Shown: in pieces, positions 11,809-24,856 of the stretch
How positions within the stretch are numbered: position 1 is the stretch's first letter
Layout: the number at the start of each line of letters is the position of its first letter
Source of the DNA: Squalus acanthias
Taxonomy: Eukaryota
Length of the DNA stretch: 64,000 nucleotides
NCBI GenBank assembly: GCA_030390025.1
Contig: CM059432.1
Location: 73,720,001 to 73,784,000 of the forward strand
Direction: 5' to 3'
Notes under the pieces: model-generated
Told to the model about the DNA's origin: nothing
The model's database searches: none
Seen by the model: only the letters and a program-made list of their open reading frames with translations
Position numbers and translations under genes: made by a program

Positions 11809-14800
11809 ACTGGATTCTCTGTGATCTGTAAAGAGAGCAGATGGGACATTATGAGCAACTAAACAATAAAAATATTGTTACTAATAATGTCACATCTGTT
11901 CTCTTCACAGATCATTGTGTTTTCATTATATGAATTAATGAAACATTTGTGCATAATCAGTTTGGAGGGACAACTATCTGTTTGGATACTCGAACGGCAG
12001 CAAACGGGCGCAATCGGTGGAAACCCACCATCCTCATTATTTCGATCTGGGGACATGGCCAGTTTTGTGGGCAGGGCCAGCTTCAGGCAAAATGATTTGT
12101 AAACCAGCGTTAAAGATTGCAGAAATCCAATTTATGCTTGACGTAACACGTTTAAAATTTCCCGATCTTTTGCGCTGATTCGGCCGATTTCACCCAGATT
12201 TCACTGATAAAACTAGCACAAACTAGCGGAGACTCTACCCCTGGGTTTTTATTACACAAAGTACGAAGCATTTATGGACAGCTAGTGAGTACATATAAGG
12301 GGTAATTTTCTGAAATTCAACTTTCACCCAAAGATTCACTCATTGGCAGCATGCATTGGAAATTTGGGCGCATGCTACCCATAACTTTTCAATCATTTAA
12401 ATGGTCAGAAAACAATGCACCAAATTCCTGATGTGCACTGCCAGTGGGCAAGGCGCATCGGCAGCAGTGCAAAGTCAATTTTGATGCATAAACTGTTTTA
12501 TTACAGGTGGTTTTTGACTGGGCGGTTTCATTTTGTTAACACCAACAGATTCAGATTACATGGAAACTTTGAAAGCTAACCTTCTAGTTTGCTTTAAGTT
12601 CTACAAAATAAAGGCTATTTATATTTGCAAAAATAGGAAAATATGCTTCTCAGTTCTTAACAATATGAGTTTTGGTAATGTCAACCCACTTTCTACTGAT
12701 AATGATTCTGCCCACAGTACAGCACATATCGGCATAATCTGGCCAACTAAGTCAGAGATATGATATGTCATGGTATGAGAAATGGAAAAAAATTAACGCT
12801 CATGCAGTAGAGACAGTTCTTCAGAGGTTGGGGCTATGCCATATTGATGAATTAAAGTAGAGAAAAAATGACTCTGCTTCTGATCTGTGCTATACCGAAA
12901 CTGGGAGAGATAGAGGCTGACATCGGGGTGTCCAGATGAAGACTGTTCCATTTCCCAGTGCTAACATTCCTCACCTTGATGAGCACAGAATTCACCAAAA
13001 TGTATTAAGAAGGAAGAAATATGTAACAAATGTTATATTCTGCTATAATTTTTTGACATTGGTATGCATTTTCAATGAACAAGATCCTGAAATACCTTGT
13101 CAATCATATTGTTCATTGTCATGAGTAACCCCAGCTGAAAACAAAGACAATTGTGGTAGTTTGGTTGCATCGTGTAGAACGTTGGTTTGTGCCCACAGAT
13201 CACCATCACAAGTCATGTTACAGTCATAGCTCTGGCTAAGGGAGTCAGCAAGTGGAACTTAAGCACTTCCCCATAAAGTAATCAGTGGGCTAGCCATCAC
13301 TGGATAGCTCTCACACACCTCCTAGTGCCAAAATTCATGACATTGAAAAAATTTAACCCACATTTGAGCTCATAGTTAAATCTTTCTATGCCATTTGGTG
13401 AATTGTTCCACTGTTTTCACTCTCTATTAATAAAAAGGAAAAAGGGATTACTTATTGTGTTCAGTGCTAAAATAAATATTTTTGACTTAGAACATCAGGT
13501 ATAATTAAATTAGCCTCTTTTTTAACCCTGACAGTACTTGATTGGTATTAGCATGAACAGCATATTCAAGGCATCATAAATAATGCTGTGTAATCTTCTC
13601 TAAGCATGTAACCCTTTGAATGCAGTCTGTGCACTCCACAGAGGCAGAGCCTCAGTGTTATAAATTGTACTGTATAATTGTGATGAATATTCCTTATAAC
13701 CGTCATGACAAAATGAGATTAAAGATAGCTAGGTTCAGTGGATTCTTGTTTTATTAATGGTGAGCTGTCAATAAGCAGACAAATTCCAACCCTGCCACTA
13801 GCTGGTAAAATCTCAAAGGGATCAAGCCATTTTCAAACTGTCTTCTTCAAGGAACGATGAGGAAGCAGCTGAATAAAAAAAAGGTGAAAGAGAGAAAAGC
13901 ATTGGGTGTAAACAAGTAGTGAGTTTTAGGGTTGCATAAAGCCTTGGAAAGAGAAAGGAGAGTTGTGCGAGATGCAGCTACTATTACACAAGGGATAACA
14001 AATAAGCGTTAGCATTTTGCCGGGAGTCCACACCAGATTTCCCAGGTCACTAATTAAACTTCACAAGACCCAGCCTGACAAAAAGTACAAGCTGGCCTTA
14101 TTTTCTTCCATGTGTCCAGCAATTACTTGAAATGAATAGGTGACTTCATCTTCTCCTCACAGTGTTTGTAATTTTAGGACAATTGCCAAAGAAACATATT
14201 TCTAACTATTCAAAGACGTCATTCAAGCTGTGTTTAGATAAAAATTACCAGAGCTAACATTCACCTGGAATACAGTCACTCTTTCTTTGGGGTCAACAGT
14301 AAGCATCAAATGGTTTGGGGATTTGTGCAGCAATGAATTGGAAATTGCAGCCATCCATCATCTTCACTATGTTTTGCAACAAGCAATATTCATATCTATG
14401 AAGAAATATTTTTAAATGACCACGGTCACTTGCAATGGTTTTCCGGAAACTTTTACGGGCTGTTAACATTTCTAATAATTTGTCAGTAGTGGTACCAAGT
14501 TTTCTCTTGCTAACTGACAACTGCAAACACAAGTCTTGAATTGAGGTGAGAAATGATGATAAAACTGTCTCACAAATTGCTTTAGTCATCTGGTAACATT
14601 GAATCAATGGCCACTTTACATCTGCAAAAATATTGTGGAAAAGCTAATTTTGTTTGTGCTGAGCTGCAGCAGCAGGGCTTCTTGGCTGTCAGTTCCTGGA
14701 CTGAGTTATATTGTTAAACTGCCCCACTGGGAGATGGATTGAAACCTTCTGTAAATGAAGACATTAAAAGTTAAATTTGCTTTACAAGTTCCTGTACAGC

Positions 14801-16787
14801 AATAATAACATTTGTCTCTTATAAGGATTTGACAATTTTGAAAATATATTAAAATCATAGAAAGAGATAGATGAGATAAAAGCAAAGCATTTCCATAGTA
14901 AAAAGACTTGACAGATTTATTAGCACCTGTGCTATAAACATGTATTCATATTTATTTAAAAAATATTCAAATGTAGAGTGAAATATAAGAATTGTGTTAC
15001 TCTAAATTTTAGAAAATATTTAGCTGAGCCTGTCTAAAATTAGTCACATATAAAACACATACAACCCATTATGCCAGTGAATTATGGTAAGCACAATAAA
15101 CCACTCACTGAAGTGAGAAAAGAATGTTTGCTTTTTGATTATGTGATTTATTCAAACTTGAGTCTATGAATTGTATTTCATGTGCTGCCTTAACTTTAGT
15201 GAGAACATCACACAAGCTGCCAATTTTTACAAGATACTGACAAATGCAGCTTAAACTGGTGGAGGTAGTATAAATATGATTACTGTTGTTATTTATCTAT
15301 AATTACTCATATCTTAACTAAAATTTGACACCCTGTAATTATTAGAGTGTATTGCTGTAAACCAAGTACGTATTTCAGTGCTGTAACAATATATAATGCG
15401 CAGTACACATTACTGTCAAAAACAAATTTACTGTGTGTCACAATATTCGGCCTACGCAAACCAGAAATCTCAACCTAAAATTTAGAAGGTAGCAATGCTA
15501 ATGCAGGTCTTTACTTTTTAAGTTAGATTAATACCTGACCAATCAGGTTTCATTGCAGATTAGCAGGTATGAAAATAAGTCTATTGGATACACTTACTTT
15601 AGCTGTCACAGTTGTTTTGAGTTAAACTCAGTCCCATTTCCCATTTGTAAGGAGCGTCTTAAAGGAGAAGAGAGGTAGAGAGGTGGAGAGGTTTAGGGTG
15701 GGAATTCCAGAGCGCAGGGCCTAGGCAGCTGAAGGCACGGCCACCAATGGAGGGGTAAAGGAAATTGGGGATACACAAGAGGCCAGAATTAAAGGAACGC
15801 AGAGTTCTTGGAGGGTTGTAGGGCTAGAGGAAGTTACAGAGATAGGGAGGGCGAAGGCCATGAAGCATGGAGGAGGATTTCAACAGCAGATGGGCTGCGG
15901 CATGGGCAGAGACTGGCAATATTATTTCTTTCTTATGGAGGTGAATTAGGTGATCTTGGTGATGGAGAAGATATGGGGTTGGAAGCTCAGCTCAGGGTCA
16001 AATGGGATGCCGAGTTTCTGAACAGTCTGATTCAACCTCAGATACTGGCCAGGAAGGGGGATGGAGTTGGTGGCTAGGGAACAGAGTTTGTGGTGAGGGC
16101 CAAAGACAATGGCCTAGAAATTGGACAAGGCCCAAAAACGGGTGCGGGGATCACGATGCCCGATTAACCTGCGCTAGTTCCTTCCGATGCAGGCAGCACG
16201 CAAACTACATGCTGCCTGCTCATTTAAATAATAGTAGCGTGCAGCCCAGGGCTGAACGCGCTGCTGAGTGGCTGCACACCTCAGCAGGGGGCCCAAGTTC
16301 GTGCGAGGCTAGCACCACTTAAAGCTAGCCTGCACTGCTTAAAGACAGCCTGTTAAAGGGGAGGTGCCCTTTGGCTGCAGCAGGTGCTGGAAGTGGTTGG
16401 GGAAGAGAGTGTGAGCAAAAAGAAGACATACTGATGGCACAACGGGGCAGAGTTAATGGCTCCAAGATTCTCTGACGCAGCACTGGGGGCCTTGGTGCAG
16501 GAGGTGGACAGGAGGAGAGCAGTCCTGTATCCACAGGAGGCCCAGGAAGGCCTCCAGACAAACTCTGAGAAGGCAATTGGAGCAGATAGCCATTGCGGTC
16601 AATGCCAGCAGTGTAGCCCCGAGGAGCTGGTTGCAGTGCCGCAAGAAGTTTAATGACCTCACATGAGTGGTTAAGGTCAATGAATTCATCCTCAAAAGCC
16701 ATATCCTTACAATTGAACCACCAGACTTAGACACTGCTCAATTCACCACCCCCTTTCACTTATCTACCAACAATCTCTATCAATCAC

Positions 16788-17118
16788 GTCTTTCGGATGA
16801 GACGTTAAAACCGAGGCCCTGGCTGCTCTCTCAGGTGGACGTAAAAGATCCCATGGCACTATTTCGAAGAAGAGCAGGGGAGTTATCCCCGGTGTCCTGG
16901 CCAATATTTATCCCTCAACCAACATAACAAATAACAGATTATCTGGTCATTATCACATTGCTGTTTGTGGGACCTTGCTGTGCGCAAATTGGCTGCTGCG
17001 TTTCCCACATTACAACAGTGACTACACTTCAAAAGTACTTAATTGGTTGTAAAGCGCTTTGAGATGTCCGGTGGTCGTGAAAGGCACTATATAAATGCAA
17101 CTCTTTCTTTCTTTCTTT
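16788..17118 (+). mobile_element. Deu-SINE, 5' truncated, in Myb intron 1
   Basis: Deu core gtctttcggatgagacgttaaaaccgagg...aaagatcccatggcact, L2-type tail, (CTTT)n end. Confidence 0.9.
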
Positions 17119-18128
17119 CCATATCTCACATTCATAGCTTCACTTCACCCTCACACATTTAGCATTGCTGCAAGCCTCACACCCACATCTCACACCTAGC
17201 ACTCACTGCCAGCTATTCAACCATGACAGGCACATCACCCAAACACATTGCACCACTCACTGACACACTTCCCTCTCTCTTGCAGGACAAGGTAGCTCAT
17301 AACCAGAGGCAGCTGGGCTACCCGCAGGGAAACAGGCACGCCTGCATGACCTAACCCCTCCCCCCCCCCCCCACCCCCATGGAGGAGATGGTGCTGGAGA
17401 TTATTGGAGCAGCCATCACTGAGCCCGTGGCCAACGGTGTGGCTGAAAAAATACAAGATGATGGTATCCTCAAACGTAATCCTCCTTCTCAAATCCCACT
17501 TCCCCCTCATCTCACAATCCCTTCTGATTTACAAGACGCAGATGGTGTAAGCATGCACCTCTTGCTTTCTGCCCCTCACCTCATTGCAACCTACCCTTGT
17601 GCCTTTCTCCTTTCAGATAGCAAAGAACTGCAACCTGGCTCAGCAGTGGTGGAGGAGCAGGAACTGCAAGAGGAAGAAGGAAGTGATGCTGAAGACACAC
17701 CGTCACTCGATTTCACACTCACAGCCACCAGCTCAGATACTGACATTCTGCATACTTTAGAGGATAACGAGACACCGGGCACGAGTGGCCTGCAGCCAGG
17801 GCAGGGGAAAAGGGTAGCGCAAATGCCAGCTCCCCGGAGGGCAAAGTTGCACACAAGTTCTGCTGCACAGGAATCAGATGAGGACTTCGATGGGACGAAG
17901 AAGGCTGATGGGTATGCACAATGAAATGCTTGGTGCATTGGCAGGCCTGTCAGAAAGCCTGAGTGCAATGTCAAGGAGCATGGAGGAGTCCGGCACCAAC
18001 CTTCCACAGGGCTTTGGGCAGAGCTTGGAGCCCATGATTTCCAGCATGGAAGTGATGGGCAACTCCATTAGTGTACTTGTGGACCCAACCATGATGCAGC
18101 GTCTGATGGCCGATGTCTCAGCTTCTAT

Positions 18129-19832
18129 TGCAGCTTCGCAAAATCCCCCACAAACTCGTATAGAACCCCAAATAGGGGTGATTTTTGAATTTTTCATACG
18201 AATTTGGGATGATGGGTCCTAAATGAAGTGATTTGAGGCACAAACCTCAGTTTTGGACATTTTTAAGGATCAGGGAAGAAAACCCCTGAGGAAAATGACT
18301 TTTGGATATTACTATTGGGAAAAACACCTTTCACAGAGACAAGACAGGCTGCGGAGGGGTGTGGCGAGGCAGTGGACAGCTTTTGGGTATTGGGGCCCAG
18401 TCGAGCTGTCTGGAAAATGTTTGCACTGCAATCCAAGCAGGAGGAAGAGCCTCACCCAAAACCTCACAAACACATCCAAAATTGAATAATTCAAGACCCC
18501 TTTTGAATATCCCCAGGCCCAAACAGGATGCTAGAAGCCTGAAAACAATAAAACATCCAGTACACCCATCACCCCATCAAAAACCAATTAGCCCAGTATC
18601 TACAGGACAGATTAACAAGCCTGCCAAAAACCTAAGACAAAGGGGGCGAGATTTGGCGTGTAGATAAAGGCCCTGCCTAAACGGAAGACATCGGAAGCCA
18701 TCAGGACAAGTAAACATATAGTTGAAGCCATCAAAACTTAACGAGCCCACCAAAACCTAAGACAATGGGCCTGAAACAGTATAATTGAGGGCCTATTCCC
18801 CCCAGCACACACAACATGCTACCCACAGCTACAGAGGGCCACACGACACGAGCAGGAGGAGGAGAGGAGCAGCAAGGCCACGAGGCAGACCCGGGGCGAG
18901 ATCGGAGGTAAGGACAGACAAGGCCAGGCAAGGGCTAGAGCTGAGACCACTGGGAGCGAGTCGGCATCGCTCAACCCACGGTCCAGCCCCAGAAGGTACC
19001 GACCCGACAGGCCTCCAACACAACCAATCGACCTGCCAGAGCCACCAAGGGCTCCACAAGGTAGACCGCCATTCAAAAGTACCGTGGGGACCAAGGCCCC
19101 ACGCAACGACCAACCACCAGGACCTTCAGATCATTACCACCACTCAGGTAATGATCTAGGCCGCCGCGACTGAGCTGACACCAAAGGCCGCCAACCAGAC
19201 CCCAACCGCAACAAAACTCGACGACCAGACCACCATTGGAAGAACAAAACCCGAAGTTTCCACTCTACAAGATAAAGTACCCAACAAAGACTTTACTTTC
19301 CCTGTTTCTAACAAAGAAAAGTGGGTACTTACCTGATAGATCCACAACCGCGCCCTACCGCATCTGCGGACTCCACCCGACTGAGGAGCCCTCGCAGATT
19401 TCACAGACCGGTGCCACGTGGGGACGGCAGGCCCCAAAGGACAAAAGGAGAGTATCCCAAAATCACAATCAACTTACCTGGCTGGATTTCGAACTGTCAA
19501 AACACCTGTTTGGTGAGCATTATCCCTGCTCTCCTGAAATCAAAACTTAGCTAGATAGTGGGATTTTTGGGAGGGATAAGGTTCTTTTGTATATTGTCAT
19601 TCTCCCTCGCCTGTACCGTGTGTTCCCCAACCTGTTTAAGTGTTAAGTGTGTTTTAAGTTTGTTACCTTTTCTTTTAATAAAAGTTAAAACTCTTTCATC
19701 CAAACCTGTTGTCTACTGCATCTTTGTTCACAACCCCCAAATAAGTCCAAGGTCTAGAACCAGGGGCGTGGGAGCGATTCGAACCGCTCACTGAGTCAGA
19801 GGTGAAACTGACCCCACACACCACCCCCTACA
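18129..19832 (+). mobile_element. Probable solo LTR (~1.7 kb) inserted in Myb exon 3
   Basis: Interrupts host ttgcagc|acaagcagaagcc (intact in the copy near 22830-22860). TG...CA ends, TATA-like agtataa ~18778, AATAAA ~19677, no recognisable protein. Confidence 0.6.
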
Positions 19833-21289
19833 CAAGCAGAAGCCACCCAACGTCTGTGTGCTGCACTGGAAGCTCAGACTGAAGTCATGCAAGCTCAGCT
19901 TGCTGCCACGCAAGCTCAGACTGCTGCCATTGTGTTGAAAGTGGCTTGCAGGGTGTAACAACAGTCCAGCAATCTGTCCTCCAACAGATTACTAGGATTG
20001 CGGGGAGCAACCCGTCTGAGCATAAACCTTTAAGTAACCTTCCACATGACTCCCTGCAGACTTCAGCAACTCCAAATAAGATAACAAATGACCAAAAACT
20101 TCTACAAACTCACCAAGATGCAGTAGAAATCAATAAGCAACTAACCTGAAAGCAGTTGATGATTCCTTTAAACAGCACTGGTGGGGGGTCCTGTTCAGCT
20201 GTGCGTGTTTAATAGCTGGAGTGTTGAGGTCGAAAATGGCAGCGCTGGCGTCAAATCAGTGTTACAAGCTGACTGACATCACGATCTGGCTATTCTGCAT
20301 ACGTCTGGTGCACACTCCTAGTGCCCGCGCCAACGACCTCACCAAAATGGTGTGCGGCGTGGCCCGGCCCAGCCTGCACCAGAGGTGTGCATGTGTGGTG
20401 CGGACGCCATTTTGGACTTAAAATGGCACCCGTAGCACTGAAAAAACAGGTGCTACAAGTCGAATTTCACAGCCAGCGGCTTCCGTCTTCCAAATATTTA
20501 ATTGGAGGAAATTTCTGCTCATCCAACTGGATGCCAGACAAGCAGCGTGACAAATCAGATGAAGTGGAGGGGTCGAGCGAGGTGGTGGTGAGGTCGAGCT
20601 GGGTGTCACAGTGTACATGTGGAATCTGATGAGTTTTTGGACAATATCACCGAGGGGCAGCATGCAGATGAGAAATAGGAGGGGCCAAGGCCAAGGGGGC
20701 CTTCAAACTTGGAGCTGCTTTTACTCAGCTTTCGTCTTTGTAATGACTGAAGTGCTCTTAGAATATATTCAACAATTTTTCACCATTTTCCAGGTTTTCA
20801 AAATATTGTGCACATACTATTAAACTAATTTTCCTAGAAATTCGGTTGCATTGTTTGGGCGCTACAGATGGCGAATTGGGACCAAAATGCCATCTGAGCA
20901 GCTCGCGCACACTTCTAGTGCGGGCTGCGTCGGACGCCTTCTTGGTGAAGGTGGTAGGGCGGCTGTTAGGAGAGTGCACTAGAAGTACGGTAAGTAGGCA
21001 GATTTGGACTTTAATCAGCATGCAACGCTGATTTGACGCCAGTGCTGCCATTTTCATCGTCATCACTGGAGCTAACGCCCTCTCTTAACTTGTGTTCAAC
21101 AGCAGGATATTTAAAGGGACCCTCAACAACTTTCAGGTAACTTGCTTTTTGATTTCTACTGGCTCCGTGTAAGTTTGTGGAAGTGTTTGGAGCTTTCTAG
21201 AGTTATTTAAAGTTGGTGAGGTGACAGGGAGTGGTGCTGCAAGTGGCTTCTGACTTTAAGGGTTCTGGTCAGACCACTTGCTCCCAGTC

Positions 21290-22220
21290 ATGGGTGCTGT
21301 AGTTGTCATCCCCCTTGGTCTGCAGCATGACAGGGAGATGGAGCAGAGGCAGCGAAGAAGAGGACAAGCTGCTCGCAGAGGGAGGAGGAGGAGGGGGAGA
21401 AGGGCTCTGAGCAGACAGCCCTACCCACCTAGGGTCTTCCGAGATAATTCTATTACCTCAGCCTGAGCCAGGAGCAGTGTGTGAGGCATCAGCGCTTTAC
21501 AAAGGACTCTGCCACCTCTTCCAACCAGCCCTGCAGCCTCAGAGATGACAAACACTCTTTATGCCAGGAGAGGGGACTTCATTGACCAGAGAGAAGCAGA
21601 TGGAGCGTGCACATGGCTTTGCCAGGATAGCGGACTTCCCCATGGTGCAGGGCGCCATCGACTGCACACACATGACTTTTCAGGCACCGTATATATATGC
21701 TGAGATGTACCGCAACCACAAAGATTACCACTTGCTGAATGTGCAGTTGGTGTGCGACCATGCTCAGCATATCATGATGGTGAATGGCCAGTATCCTGGC
21801 AGCAGTCATGTTGCTTTTATTCTGCGCCAGACCGCCGTTCCCTCAGTCTTTGAGCCACCAAGACAAACCAGAGGGTGGCTACTGGGCGACAAGGGCTATC
21901 CCTTGACCAGCTGGCTCATGACTCCTCTCCGCAGCCCAACTACACATGGGCAGCATGCGTACAACTAGAGCCATGCTGCCACACAAAACATTATAGAGCA
22001 GACTATTGGCGTCCTTAAACAACGGTTCCGCTGTTTGAATCGCTCTGGAAGACCCCTACAGTTCTCACTGGAGCGTGTGTCCCACTTCGTTATGGTCTGC
22101 GGTATCCTCCACAACCTGGCCATCATGAGGGTACTGCTCTTGTTGCCAGGGATACGGCCACCAGCTCAGCAGGAGGAGGAGGAAGAGAAGGAAGTGGAAG
22201 GAAGGAGGCAACGCAGATAG
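21290..22220 (+). pseudogene. Harbinger DDE transposase (HARBI1-family), disrupted
   Basis: GAIDCTH, LNVQLVCD, LLGDKGY, IEQTIG and ILHNLA motifs. Arg-rich N-terminus. Internal deletion and stops. Confidence 0.92.
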
Positions 22221-22453
22221 CCCTTTTCTGGATCAAATCATCCACCTGCGATACGAGTGAACGCAACCCCAATTCTCCATTCAACATTAGTCCCACACCT
22301 TACTTTCACTCTGTTAATGACCATCACAGTGTCCTCTTGGCCACAATGATACAATAAAAGCCACCACAAAGCAAACATTCCAATCAAACTTTATCCACCT
22401 CTCCATCCAATATTACATTAAAAAAAATCAACTAATCACCCTTGTGCATTCCC

Positions 22454-24428
22454 TTAGCAAAGATAGCCTTGCAGGACGAGGTTGAGCATCTCTGGGCCTA
22501 ATAGGCCGGCTTCGGATTGCACCACCTCGGCATGGGCAGCAGCAGTCTGGGCTGCTTGGCTGACAGGCAACAGCAAGGGCACTGGTGGAGTGGCAGTGGA
22601 GGGAGGACGAATGCTGTTATCCTGAGAGAGGACAGCAGGTTCGTCCTCCACGGATCCACTGCCACTCCCCGGGGCAGCGTGTCAGCAATCCTAGTAACCT
22701 GCTGGAGTACAGACTGCTGGATTGCTCTGACACCCTGCAAGCCCCTTTCAACATTGGTAAACTCAGCCATGATGGCAGCAGTCTGTGTTTGCATGACTTC
22801 AGTCTGAAAATCCTTTGCAGATGTTGGATGGCTTCTGCTTGTGCTGCAATGGAAGCTGAGACTTCGGCCATCAGACGCTGCATGATAGTTGGGTCCACAA
22901 GTGCATTAATGGATCTGCCCAGCCCTTCCATGCTGGAAATCATGGGCTCCAAGCTCTGCCCAAAGCCCTATGCAAGGCTGGAGCTGGACTCCTACTTGCT
23001 CCTTGACATTGCACTCAGGCTTTCTGGTAGGCCTGCCAAAGCACCAAGCATTTCATTGTGCATGCATTCTTCCTTAGGTCGCCCCATCGAGGTCTTCATC
23101 TGAGTCCTGTGCAGCAGAACTTGTGCGCGAACTCGCCCTCCGGGGAGCTTGCACCTGAGCTACCCTTTCCCCCTAGTCTAGCTGCAGGCCACTCATGCCC
23201 GGTGACTCACCACATGCAGATCTCGTGTCTAATCTATCCTCTAAAGTATGCGGTGTATCAATATCTGAGCTGGTGGCTGGGAGTTTGAAATCGAGTTACA
23301 GTGTTTCTTCTTCTTCTTCACTCTCCTCTCCCTCTTCGTGTTCAACCATTGGCTGGGCAGGCTGGATTTCTTGGGTGTCTGAAATGAGAAAGACACAAGG
23401 GTAGGGTTGTGGTGAGGGGAGGGCGGGGGAAGCAAGAGCTTACACCATGTGCAGATTGTAAATCAGAAGAGATTGTGGGAAAGTGGGATGTGAGAAGAAG
23501 GATAATACCCTGCCAAGAATAGTCAGCACCGTCTCCTCCAAGGGGGTGAGGTGATGCAGGCGAGCATGTCCCCTGCATGTCTGTTATTCGCTGCCTTTTC
23601 CTGCAAGAGAAAGAGAAGTGTGTCAGTGAGTGTGGTGGAATAGCTGACCATGTGTTTAAGCTGTGAGATGTAAGTGTGTGGCTTGCATCAGTGGTGGGTG
23701 TGTGCGGGTGATGTGAAGCTATGAATGTAAGGTATGAATCGTGTTTGGCAGAGATTATTGGTAGGTGAGTGATGGTGTGTGGCGCATTGAGCAGTGTGTG
23801 AGGTTAGTTGTGTAGATGGTGGGATATGGTATTTGAAGATTAATTCACTGGCCTTGACCACTCGTGTGAGGTCATTAAACTTCTTTCTGCACTGAGTCCA
23901 GGTCCTCGCGGCTATACTGCTGGCATTGACCACATAAGAATCATAGAATCATAGAATAGTACAGCACAGAAGGAGGCCATTCTGCCCATCGAGTCTGCAA
24001 CAGGACCACTGGCAGCCTGCAAGCCATTCTCCCCCAAACCCACTGCAGTTGTCCTGGCCTTTGCACATTACCAACCCGGGTCCTTAGCAATGGGGTTGTC
24101 AATCAACAGGTTACCCTCCTCTGAGGGCTTCTCTAAATTTGCTAGTGTTATATCACAGTAAGAACTCTCAGTGTCTAACTCTATACAGAGGGACAGTATT
24201 TTCATCGTTGAAAAGTGGACAGAATCCCCGATCCAATTTACAATCCTCTTTTGTGAGACCCCCAAAAACATTAGCTCTCTGCTCCCACTGCAGCCTTGTC
24301 TGTTGCCTGGAGGGCCTCCTGGCCCCCTGTGGGAAGAGGAACTCTCTGCTAGAGTTGACCTCCTGGACCAACGCCTCCAGTGCTGCAAGCAAGAACATTG
24401 GAGCCCTTTCTCTGGCCCGTTGAGCCAT
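22454..24428 (-). pseudogene. Harbinger Myb/SANT-like gene, disrupted
   Basis: MAQRARERAP...ALEALVQEV and RTWTQCRKKFNDLTRVVK. Exon 3 MEPMISSME...DPTIMQRLMA. Confidence 0.88.
23933..24270 (-). mobile_element. Retroposed insert: CR1-type tail plus ~270 bp unidentified sequence
   Basis: catagaat repeat and acagcacagaaggaggccatt tail at 23933-23997. Interrupts Myb exon 1. Confidence 0.6.
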
Positions 24429-24856
24429 TACTTCTTCTTTATGTCAGTAGCCTCCACAAGCAGTTCCAGCACTTGTTGCAGGCAGAAGGCATCTTTCCTT
24501 TAAGAGGTGCAGACTACATTTAAGTAGTGCAGGCTAGCTTTAATTGGAGCTACCCTCGCACGAACTTGGGCCTCCTGCTGAGCATTCAGCCACTCAGCAG
24601 CGCGTTCAGCGCTCAGCTGAACGCTACAATCATGCAAAGTAGCAGTCAGCACGAATTTTACATGCTGCCTGCAGTCCCCCGAATGAGCATGGGTTGCTAT
24701 TGCATTGCGATCCCCAAGCCTGTTTTCAGGGGATACCAAATTTCTAGGCCATTAACTATATCTTTGTGATAGTAGTAAACTTATCCGTCTCTTTTTACCT
24801 GTTGTTCTTCCTTCCTCTCTTTATTTTGTTCAGTTCAATGAAGGAGCTTGCTTTTC

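Larger units (their letters stand above)
16434..20000 (+). pseudogene. Harbinger Myb/SANT-like DNA-binding gene (3 exons), disrupted
   Basis: APRFSDAALGALVQEV...WLQCRKKFNDL. Donor after 16675, exon 2 DKVAHNQRQ from 17286, exon 3 from ~17617. Frameshifts, stops and two insertions. Confidence 0.85.
16111..20474 (+). mobile_element. Harbinger deletion derivative: Myb/SANT gene kept, transposase deleted
   Basis: TIR ggcctagaaattgg / cgaatttcacagcc. After ~20000 the sequence jumps to the reverse complement of the transposase 5' UTR. Confidence 0.88.
15650..20700 (-). mobile_element. L2 LINE RT fragment split by Harbinger 16111-20474
   Basis: 15650-16110 is the reverse complement of the L2 3' region at 35830-36542. 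Host sequence gacaat|ggcttcc resumes at about 20478. Confidence 0.75.
20831..24750 (+). mobile_element. Harbinger transposon, two-gene convergent layout, inactive
   Basis: TIR (tt)cctagaaatt / aatttctaggcc with ATT TSD. Transposase on +, Myb on -. Confidence 0.92.

Noticed and set aside
13900..14610. Ancient hAT transposase fossil on the minus strand
   Set aside because: Only faint motifs (HSLN, LLSLSKAL). Needs a profile search.
18253..19794. Many overlapping ORFs in the LTR-like insert
   Set aside because: Low-complexity products on both strands, with no gag, pol or recombinase motifs.
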